A stretch of 64,000 bases of DNA from a phage. Shown piece by piece: positions 49,749 to 57,122 of the stretch. The position numbers and the translations under genes were made by a program. Within the stretch, counting starts at the first letter, position 1. Each line of letters starts with the position of its first letter. Below the pieces are notes generated by a model. That model did no database searches. It was given only the letters and a program-made list of their open reading frames with translations, and was not told the DNA's origin. The stretch is from sequence record PX092659.1. The stretch is one strand, 5' to 3'.

Positions 49749-49943
49749 TTAATCATAAAAAAGACCACGAATAGTATTAGCAAATTTAAGTATAATAGCG
49801 CGGTTTGAGCTACTTAACTTTTTAATATCGAAAGTGGGATCAGTCAAATATCTCGCCATAAATTTTACTTGTTTAGCTGAAAGTTGACCCTTATTCCACT
49901 TTTTAATTTTACCATAACATACCCAATATTCTTTATTCATCAT
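49749..49943 (-). CDS. hypothetical small protein
   Basis: 64-aa basic ORF at end of early small-gene operon. Confidence 0.35.
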   Translation of the reverse strand: MMNKEYWVCYGKIKKWNKGQLSAKQVKFMARYLTDPTFDIKKLSSSNRAIILKFANTIRGLFYD

Positions 49944-50325
49944 TTAGTCCCGGAACATAGATCCCAACACGATTTAATTGTTCTTTAGCTTCTTTGAGAA
50001 TATCTGGAGTGTACTCCCAAATATCATCTTCCACCTGTAAAAGATGTGGCGAACAACCGTCATCAGGCACACGACATATGGCCAAACCACGTGGATGGAA
50101 CAAAGAGAAATTTAGGGCAACAATCAAGCCCATAGCAGACAATTCATTCCAATCCAATTCCCATTCCCTGGCATATCCAGACAGGAAAATGCCAATGCAT
50201 GGATCATCTATTTGCTGCTCCGGAAAAGTGAAGGAGGCTTGTCTTACCCCCAACCAACGTTGTAGCAGCTTCTCCGCACGCTTCACCAAACTAGGATCAA
50301 TCTGACGCCAGTATACTTGTTCCAT
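49933..50325 (-). CDS. hypothetical protein, paralog of 50335..50763
   Basis: 130 aa; shares PCIG...W.ELD...MGL(I/V).ALN..LF.P...W.Y(S/T)P...G..(I/V)PGL pattern with upstream neighbour. Confidence 0.45.
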   Translation of the reverse strand: MEQVYWRQIDPSLVKRAEKLLQRWLGVRQASFTFPEQQIDDPCIGIFLSGYAREWELDWNELSAMGLIVALNFSLFHPRGLAICRVPDDGCSPHLLQVEDDIWEYTPDILKEAKEQLNRVGIYVPGLNDE

Positions 50326-50334
50326 TATGCCTCC

Positions 50335-50763
50335 TTAGGCAGTTAAACCCGGAATTTGATAACCAAAACGGCGAAGTTTTTGGATACCATCATTTACTTC
50401 TTCCGGTGAGTAAGACCAACCATAACGTTCATTAACCTGAAAACCAGGAGATTCACTAGTTTTATAGTTAACAACGAGGCGATGCTTAGCAGGCATAAAC
50501 AGCTTATAGTTTAACGCAAAAACTAAGCCCATTTCATCTAACTCTTTCCAGCCGACAATTTCTTCAAGACCATCCTCTACCTGCACAATTAAACCAATAC
50601 AGGGAGCCTCATCAATATCATCTTTAAAAGCAAAGGAGATTTCGTTATTCTCACACCATATTTTCAAAGAGTTAATAGCCTCATTATACAGGCTAGCTGG
50701 GAGAGTACGCCAAAAGTTAACCAAAATTGGGTTAGCTTCTTTAGAGAGTACATTATTGAACAT
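50335..50763 (-). CDS. hypothetical protein, paralog of 49933..50325
   Basis: 142 aa; same conserved motif series as downstream neighbour. Confidence 0.45.
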   Translation of the reverse strand: MFNNVLSKEANPILVNFWRTLPASLYNEAINSLKIWCENNEISFAFKDDIDEAPCIGLIVQVEDGLEEIVGWKELDEMGLVFALNYKLFMPAKHRLVVNYKTSESPGFQVNERYGWSYSPEEVNDGIQKLRRFGYQIPGLTA

Positions 50764-50765
50764 AT

Positions 50766-51272
50766 TTACACCTTAAATTGTTGTAAGGATTTACACATTT
50801 CAAGATCTGGGCTAAATTCTAGCATATAGCTAACAGCTTTTAAATCTTGAAGATTTATCCCAGTCCTACCGTTGACTATAACTGTTGGATACTGATACAT
50901 CATAGCACCCGCATCATCAAGTACACACCAATGTTTGAGCTTATACTTTTCAACGAAACGAAGAACAGAATTACCCCTAGATAATCCACCTCCAGTAAAA
51001 TCCGTTGTACCAAGAAAACGATCGATAAGACCTAATCTGGTCATAATCTGAACGTTCTCCATCTCATTTCTAACAGAGAACCAAGATGATACTCCAACAA
51101 TCATTATCGGAGAAGGACGAATAAAGTCCTGAAAAGCCTTGAGAAGCGGTTTGAAAACCCAGTCACTTCCAAAGAAAATCTTTTCATCATCAGGTGCATG
51201 ATGGTGGGAGATGCTCGAATTGAGCACCCCATCAATGTCTAGAAAAATAATCGGAGTATTACTTATTTCCAC
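50766..51272 (-). CDS. HAD-superfamily phosphatase-like protein (possible nucleotidase)
   Basis: 168 aa; N-terminal motif I FLDIDGVL (DxDG), downstream VLDDAG-like motif. Confidence 0.5.
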   Translation of the reverse strand: MEISNTPIIFLDIDGVLNSSISHHHAPDDEKIFFGSDWVFKPLLKAFQDFIRPSPIMIVGVSSWFSVRNEMENVQIMTRLGLIDRFLGTTDFTGGGLSRGNSVLRFVEKYKLKHWCVLDDAGAMMYQYPTVIVNGRTGINLQDLKAVSYMLEFSPDLEMCKSLQQFKV

Positions 51273-51441
51273 TTTTGTCCCTTTCTAAGAACGTATCATA
51301 CTCAACCGTATCAACATATATGACACCATAGTCATCGGATTTATAGTCCATTTCCCACAGCTCACAGCGATAGCACCAACTACCGTCCGCCCATACAAAT
51401 ATATCATCAGGGTGTGCATACACAGATTTAATTATGGACAT
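51259..51441 (-). CDS. hypothetical small protein
   Basis: 60-aa ORF overlapping both neighbours by 14 nt; ATG start. Confidence 0.3.
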   Translation of the reverse strand: MSIIKSVYAHPDDIFVWADGSWCYRCELWEMDYKSDDYGVIYVDTVEYDTFLERDKSGNK

Positions 51442-52255
51442 ATTTGTTCCCCGGCATATAAGGCCTACCCTCTAGATGAGCTTCTACACGAGCAATAAAA
51501 TCAGGGTCACTGAAGGCATCTACAGCCCCTTTACCCCAGTAAGGGATACCGCGTTCTTCCAACTGGTACATCTCACTACGAGTCATGCCTTGATAGCCAG
51601 GTTCCGCTGCTAGGGCATTATCATAGTAGTTAACAACCATTAGCTTGGCAGCAGTAAGGTTAAGAATAGGAAATAATTCCCAGTAGAAGTTAATTACTTG
51701 GTTAGAGCAACCAACCACAATGATCATATCTTGACTGGTAATACCATCAAAAACATTGTACATTTCTGTATATGCTGGAGCATGCTCACCAAAGAAGATG
51801 ACATTAGGTTTAACCCATTTATAGTCATCTGGGTCAATAGAGTTATACCCAACATCAATAATTCGTTTATTACTACTATTGTAGCTATCAGCTACAACAA
51901 CCTCCTTTAAGTATCCATGAATGTGGAGAATATCATTATGGGGAACACCAGCACGCTCAATAAGGTCATCAACGTTAGTAGTCAAATTTACTACTTGACC
52001 TGGGTATTGTTTATACCACTCACCAATACGAAGATGCGCAAGGTTAGGTTCAACAGTTTTTAGCTCTTCACGACGCTTGTTGTAAAACATATGGGTTTTA
52101 TGATAAAAATTACCACGAAAGGCATGAATATTACATACTTCTTCTAGATCATAATCATCCCACAATGCTTTACCACTAGCAGTATCAGTACGAAAGGCTC
52201 GTACACCACTTTCAACGCTCAAACCCGCACCGCTAATAATAATTAATCTACGCAT
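51428..52255 (-). CDS. Sir2-family (sirtuin-like) NAD-binding protein lacking zinc ribbon
   Basis: 275 aa; sirtuin motifs ISGAGLSVESGVRAFR (GAGxS...G(I/V)xxFR), TTNVDDL (TQNxDxL), catalytic His in LHIHGYL, VIFFGE, IIVVGCS; no CxxC zinc-binding pairs. Confidence 0.65.
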   Translation of the reverse strand: MRRLIIISGAGLSVESGVRAFRTDTASGKALWDDYDLEEVCNIHAFRGNFYHKTHMFYNKRREELKTVEPNLAHLRIGEWYKQYPGQVVNLTTNVDDLIERAGVPHNDILHIHGYLKEVVVADSYNSSNKRIIDVGYNSIDPDDYKWVKPNVIFFGEHAPAYTEMYNVFDGITSQDMIIVVGCSNQVINFYWELFPILNLTAAKLMVVNYYDNALAAEPGYQGMTRSEMYQLEERGIPYWGKGAVDAFSDPDFIARVEAHLEGRPYMPGNKYVHN

Positions 52256-52469
52256 TTTTCACCTGTTCTCTGAAGTTTTGCCCAATACTGTCTAATAGCT
52301 CAGCTAATTCTTTATTGCCTTTCTCCATTAAGGTATTAGCAATAACTTCTAGCATAGTAGCGCAGGATTCAACACCATCCTTATAGCCAGTTTCCCAGTG
52401 CTGCATTAATGCGTTTTCCAAAGCGGCGTTTAAACCCTTATCTGGTAGTATCGGCTTCAAGAATGCCAT
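52248..52469 (-). CDS. hypothetical small protein
   Basis: 73 aa; ATG 52469 with strong SD GAGGAG; overlaps upstream ORF by 32 nt. Confidence 0.4.
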   Translation of the reverse strand: MAFLKPILPDKGLNAALENALMQHWETGYKDGVESCATMLEVIANTLMEKGNKELAELLDSIGQNFREQVKNA

Positions 52470-52641
52470 AAAGTTTCTCCTCTAATTCCATAACACGATT
52501 TTCATAAGAGGCACGCAACTTTTCAATTGCCAGTGCACGCACCGTAACCTCATTAGAATTAATAGCTAATTGGGCCAGATCTTCTGTTTCCATACGTCCG
52601 TTGTAAATTAAGCGATATTTAAGATGTTTTACGTTTTTCAT
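52438..52641 (-). CDS. hypothetical small protein
   Basis: 67-aa ORF with predicted helical C-terminus. Confidence 0.35.
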   Translation of the reverse strand: MKNVKHLKYRLIYNGRMETEDLAQLAINSNEVTVRALAIEKLRASYENRVMELEEKLYGILEADTTR

Positions 52642-52650
52642 TCTTGTTCC

Positions 52651-52932
52651 TTAGTTCTGTACTGTAAATTCATTCTTATCACAGTGAGCATAATAATACC
52701 CATACATACGATAAATCTTCACAGCCTTAGTAGACCCCTTCGATTCTTCGTAATCAATCCAGAGCCACTTGTCTTTACCTACATAATGTACCCGAAACTT
52801 CTTAACTTTCTTATCATTCCATGTTGCAACAACACGACGATAATCAAATCCGCCCAACCAATCCAGAGCTTTACGTTCTTCACTAGGCTCTCCAAGATGG
52901 GAGACATCTACTTTAGGAAGCAACTCGCTCAT
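52651..52932 (-). CDS. hypothetical protein
   Basis: 93 aa; first gene after promoter, SD GAGAGGAG. Confidence 0.45.
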   Translation of the reverse strand: MSELLPKVDVSHLGEPSEERKALDWLGGFDYRRVVATWNDKKVKKFRVHYVGKDKWLWIDYEESKGSTKAVKIYRMYGYYYAHCDKNEFTVQN

Positions 52933-52960
52933 AACTTTCTCCTCTCAAATTTATAAATCT

Positions 52961-52989
52961 ATTATATATAAATTTTTGGCTGAAAGCAA
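52961..52989 (-). promoter_or_regulatory. T5-type early promoter
   Basis: minus strand TTGCTT(52989-52984)-17 bp-TATAAT(52966-52961) followed by ATAGATTTATAAATTTGAGAGGAG. Confidence 0.7.
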
Positions 52990-53024
52990 ATAAAATAAAA
53001 GCCAGGTCGACTAGCAACCCGGCT
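52988..53024 (-). terminator. intrinsic terminator after nrdD
   Basis: minus-strand AGCCGGG...CCUGGCU hairpin (one G-U pair) followed by UUUAUUUUAUUU. Confidence 0.6.
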
Positions 53025-53031
53025 GATTAGC

Positions 53032-54858
53032 TTACTTAAGATTTAAGTGTTTTACTCTACCAAGAACTTCTTTTTGTTTCCCAGAATTGAAAGGCCTACT
53101 GCCAGGAGATCCCAGGTACCCGCAAACCCTACGTGTAACCTCTATTTCTTCAGACCCACAACTCGGACATACAAACCCACGTTCAGAGGCAACAGATTCA
53201 CCCATATACCCACAGTTGAAGCACTCATCAATTGGTATATTAACACCAATATAATGGCTACATTCTAGCCCCTTATCCACCACATACTCAAGAGCTTTGT
53301 GGAACTTTTTCATTTGAGGTAGTTCCACAAATGATATATTACCACCATTAGCTATTTTGGTAAAATGAGCCTCGTACTCAAATTTAGTATCTGGAGCTAC
53401 CTTCTCTCTTACGTCCAAATGGTGACTATTAGTAAGATAGCCTTTGTCTGTTAACCAAGAATACTCTGGGAATCTACGTTCTAGTAATTTATTAAAACGA
53501 TTACATAGAGACTCACTAGGAGTAGCATACAAGCTAAACCCAAGATTAGTCTCATTAGCTTTAACTTCGCAACGATTTTTTAGGTGAGTGAGAACTTCCT
53601 CTGTAAATTCAATACAGTCCCTATGGGTCTGTGGTAAACTAAACATTATTTGGCACATCTCATAGACCCCAATATACCCAAGAGATACAGAGGATCTACC
53701 CTCAAAAATAGGCCATACATATTCTTCCCCTTCTAAACGTGCACCAAACCCACCGTGCATATAAAGAATAGGGGCTTGTTTAGCCTTAACTTTCTTCAGT
53801 CTGTTTAAGAAGAAGTCATGCGCTTCAAAAGCCTCATCCACATATTTGTCTAGAATACCCCAGAAATCTTCAAAAACTCCATCTGCCTCAGCAGCAACCA
53901 TAGGTAGATTGATAGACACAACACCTAAATTATTACGTCCTGCAATTTCTCCAGAGGGGATAGCAGATAAAAAACTACGACAACCCATAGGGGCTTTAAA
54001 ATCACCAGTAACAGCTACAACTCTCTCGTAACTTAAATAGTCTGGATACATACGAGTAGCAGAACACTCAAGTGCTAGCTGTTTTATATCATAGTTAGGA
54101 TCACCTGGGTTTTTATTTAACCCTTCTTTAACTGAGAATACTAGTTTAGGGAAGATAGGGGTTGACTCAGCAGCACCTAAACCTTTAATGCGATTTTGGA
54201 GGATGGCTTTCTGAATCATCCTTTCCTCCCACTCCTGCCCTAATCCAAAGCCAAGCGTAACAAAAGGGGTCTGCCCATTAGAGTTAAATAATGAATTAGT
54301 TTCATACTCTAGAGCTTGGAATGCATCATAACACTCTTTTTCAGTAAGCTCAGTAGCATACACAGCAGCTTTTCTTTCATCCTTGAGCCAACGTAGCCCA
54401 CGACCCAGATGTTTATTGTAAGACTTTCTGACATACGGGGCTAGAACCTCGTCGATACGATCAATAGAGGTGCCACCATACTGAGCACCAGATACTTGGG
54501 CAATAATCTGAGCAGTGATTGCACATGCAGTAGTTATGGATTTAGGAGTTTCAATATTTGCATTACCAATTTTAGTACCATTCTTCAGCATGCCACCAAG
54601 GTCTACTAAGCAACAGTTAGTGTACCCCTGCGCCCTGTAATCCATATCATGAATGTGTATCTTACCTAGATTATGTGCGTCTAATAGATGTTTGGGTAAT
54701 TCCTGCGATACTAAATACTTGTTGATTTCTCCGGCTAATAAGTCTCTTTGAGTATGGAACATCTCACTAGGCTTATTAGCATTATTATGTTGTAAGTCCT
54801 TGTCAGCAGTTAGAGTGAGCAGGCCTTTGCAATTCTCAATTAATTCATTCTCTGTCAT
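53032..54858 (-). CDS. nrdD: anaerobic ribonucleoside-triphosphate reductase
   Basis: 608 aa; C-terminal glycyl-radical motif RVCGYLGSP and zinc site CFNCGY...CPSCGS; catalytic Cys region. Confidence 0.9.
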   Translation of the reverse strand: MTENELIENCKGLLTLTADKDLQHNNANKPSEMFHTQRDLLAGEINKYLVSQELPKHLLDAHNLGKIHIHDMDYRAQGYTNCCLVDLGGMLKNGTKIGNANIETPKSITTACAITAQIIAQVSGAQYGGTSIDRIDEVLAPYVRKSYNKHLGRGLRWLKDERKAAVYATELTEKECYDAFQALEYETNSLFNSNGQTPFVTLGFGLGQEWEERMIQKAILQNRIKGLGAAESTPIFPKLVFSVKEGLNKNPGDPNYDIKQLALECSATRMYPDYLSYERVVAVTGDFKAPMGCRSFLSAIPSGEIAGRNNLGVVSINLPMVAAEADGVFEDFWGILDKYVDEAFEAHDFFLNRLKKVKAKQAPILYMHGGFGARLEGEEYVWPIFEGRSSVSLGYIGVYEMCQIMFSLPQTHRDCIEFTEEVLTHLKNRCEVKANETNLGFSLYATPSESLCNRFNKLLERRFPEYSWLTDKGYLTNSHHLDVREKVAPDTKFEYEAHFTKIANGGNISFVELPQMKKFHKALEYVVDKGLECSHYIGVNIPIDECFNCGYMGESVASERGFVCPSCGSEEIEVTRRVCGYLGSPGSRPFNSGKQKEVLGRVKHLNLK

Positions 54859-55708
54859 TGATTATTTCCTCGATAAACTTTATAGCTACTTTTGGTTCAA
54901 TATTGAAGAATTCCGTAGCGCCATCAAAATCTTTGTAATGGCAATTCTGTTCTTTAAAGTAGTTATGAGCTAATTTTTCGATTCGAACTGCACTACTATA
55001 TTCGCCAATTTCAAATACTTTAAGTATTTCCAAATCAATAAGGTGGCCACTAGATTTAATATGTAGAAGCCTACGCTCTGGATTGTTAGACCTACCTATT
55101 TTAACTCCATGTGTGGGGCTATGCATAACATATATCTTAGTACTTTCTAAATCTCTATAGCTACAGTAAGGACAACCGTTCCCTCTTAATACAGATCCTG
55201 GAGTAGCTCCCCACCTATGCCCTGCGCCACAGAGAAAGGTAGTCTTAGTATTCGCATTAACATATTCACCTACTATTCTGATATTTCTGGCAGTAAGACG
55301 ATCATTTATAACACTAATACTAAGTTTCTGCTTATTAATAGCACAAGACGGACAGCCACTCCCCCTATTAATTATGCTATTAAGCGTAGTAGTCCACTCA
55401 TGACCACAAATACACCTAAATTTAGTGTTTATATCAACACTATTTTTATATCCCCCCAACAATGTAATACCTCTGTCCTGTAATACAGAACTAATTTTAT
55501 CAATATCTAGTTTACGGCTATTAGTAGAGCAAGTAGGACAATTGGTCTTTCCATTCCTAATAGCGTCAAATTTAGCTGTCCATTGATGGCCATATTCACA
55601 CTGATACGTATGCCTATACCTAGAATTTTGATACGGCTTATCCACCATAGTAAAACCACGCTCGGCTAGGCATTTATCTACTTCTTCTTGGGTTAATTTT
55701 TTCGGCAT
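54845..55708 (-). CDS. zinc-ribbon plus T5orf172/GIY-YIG-like putative homing endonuclease
   Basis: approx 288 aa from ATG 55708 (track extends to TTG 55765); four repeats ending CPTC/CPSC/CPYC; C-terminal IYVMHSPTHGVKIGRSNNPERRL...GATEFF; consensus promoter upstream. Confidence 0.6.
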   Translation of the reverse strand: MPKKLTQEEVDKCLAERGFTMVDKPYQNSRYRHTYQCEYGHQWTAKFDAIRNGKTNCPTCSTNSRKLDIDKISSVLQDRGITLLGGYKNSVDINTKFRCICGHEWTTTLNSIINRGSGCPSCAINKQKLSISVINDRLTARNIRIVGEYVNANTKTTFLCGAGHRWGATPGSVLRGNGCPYCSYRDLESTKIYVMHSPTHGVKIGRSNNPERRLLHIKSSGHLIDLEILKVFEIGEYSSAVRIEKLAHNYFKEQNCHYKDFDGATEFFNIEPKVAIKFIEEIINDRE

Positions 55709-55736
55709 TACTCTTCTCCATAGAATTTTTACATTT

Positions 55737-55765
55737 ATTATACTAAACATTATCCACCATGTCAA
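55737..55765 (-). promoter_or_regulatory. consensus sigma70 promoter
   Basis: minus strand TTGACA(55765-55760)-17 bp-TATAAT(55742-55737), then SD GGAGAAGAG and ATG 55708. Confidence 0.7.
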
Positions 55766-55902
55766 TTAAAATTTTCTTTCGCCATCTAATACTGTAATAT
55801 TTCGCGTATAAATAGTTGAGTATCTAGTATCACACATCCCACGTTAAAAGCAAGCAAATTTTTTATTTAAATGCAATATCATAGGCTTATTTAAAATTGT
55901 AG

Positions 55903-55931
55903 TTGCTTTTTACTGTATATATTGGTATAAT
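55903..55931 (+). promoter_or_regulatory. T5-type promoter upstream of phoH (divergent from 55737..55765)
   Basis: TTGCTT(55903-55908)-17 bp-TATAAT(55926-55931) with TG at -15/-14 (extended -10). Confidence 0.65.
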
Positions 55932-56004
55932 ATATTTGTAAGTTGATAAACAAGATCTTTTTGTTGATCCTCTGTTAGCGAAGTACACTATAGGAGTGTT
56001 ATTT

Positions 56005-56757
56005 ATGGGAAAAGCACGTCAAAAAAGAGAGAACCGCAACGGTTCAAGAAAGCGTGGCAACAAATATGAGAATAACGTAATTCAGGCGGATTTTTCTAAT
56101 GATTACGCTAACCCAGTTGCTAAATCCCTAGTAGGTAAAAACCGCGAGCAAAAATCATATATCAATATGATCAAGAACAACACAGTGACTGTGGGTATTG
56201 GTGAGCCGGGTACAGGTAAAACCTTTATTCCGTCTGTTCTTGCAGCTCAGGAACTCGTAGACATTCACTCAGATATTGAGCAAGTGATCCTCGTACGTCC
56301 TAATGAACCTCTAGGTAAGTCTCTTGGTATGCTTCCTGGTGATCTAGCGGAAAAGCTAGAGCCTTGGTTGGAGCCAATAGCTGATGGTATGAAATGGGCC
56401 ATCGGCGATCATGCGTATAAAGGATATGTCGAACGTCAGAAAATTAAATTTTTGGCTGTCGAACATGCTCGTGGCAGAACTTTCAACAACTCCTATGTAA
56501 TTGTCGATGAAGCTCAGAATATTTCCGTTGAGGCAATGATTTGTCTCCTAACTCGTGTAGGACAAGACTGCCGTTTAATTATCTGCGGAGATATAGCTCA
56601 GAAAGACATTAAAGGTGACTCAGGTCTAGCACTCCTTATGGAAGTCTATGAGAAATACGAAAATGCCCCATTCTCAATGATCGAATTGATTGATAACGTT
56701 CGTTCTGTCGAGTCTAAAGCATTCTATGATATTTTTAAAGACATGGGGAAGGTGTAA
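56005..56757 (+). CDS. phoH: PhoH-like ATPase
   Basis: Walker A GEPGTGKTF, Walker B VIVDEAQN; ATG 56005 with SD TAGGAGTG (track ORF begins at GTG 55996). Confidence 0.85.
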   Translation: MGKARQKRENRNGSRKRGNKYENNVIQADFSNDYANPVAKSLVGKNREQKSYINMIKNNTVTVGIGEPGTGKTFIPSVLAAQELVDIHSDIEQVILVRPNEPLGKSLGMLPGDLAEKLEPWLEPIADGMKWAIGDHAYKGYVERQKIKFLAVEHARGRTFNNSYVIVDEAQNISVEAMICLLTRVGQDCRLIICGDIAQKDIKGDSGLALLMEVYEKYENAPFSMIELIDNVRSVESKAFYDIFKDMGKV

Positions 56758-56758
56758 T

Positions 56759-56980
56759 ATGGGAAACGTCGTTCATCTGAGCCGTAAAACTAAAATACAT
56801 CGTACTTCACTGAGTGCTGCTAATATTATTACACGTAAAGAAGGAGAAGAAAGTCCTAAGACAACCCTAGCGTGGAAAATTGTAACCTCAAACCCAAATA
56901 AACCCTTCAATTATAACGAGCTGAGCACCTCCATAGATATTCTATTAAAAGAAGTAGCTAGAGCTAAAGTAATTGAATAA
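56759..56980 (+). CDS. hypothetical small protein
   Basis: 73 aa from ATG 56759 with SD GGGGAAGGTG; overlaps phoH stop (track ORF 56690..56980 extends upstream in-frame). Confidence 0.4.
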   Translation: MGNVVHLSRKTKIHRTSLSAANIITRKEGEESPKTTLAWKIVTSNPNKPFNYNELSTSIDILLKEVARAKVIE

Positions 56981-57122
56981 GCTAAAAAGCTAGACTGGTA
57001 ATATACAGGGCCTGGGTATGAAAATACTCGGGCCTTTTCTATCAGAAAATTTTATTTGCCTAATGACCAATAATAATGTAGAATATTCCTTAAATCCTGA
57101 TAACTATAAAAAGGAAAGCCAA

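Noticed and set aside
56981-57122. Promoter TTGCCT-17-TAGAAT upstream of nrdA
   Set aside because: Both hexamers are weak matches and the preceding hairpin is imperfect; not confident enough to call
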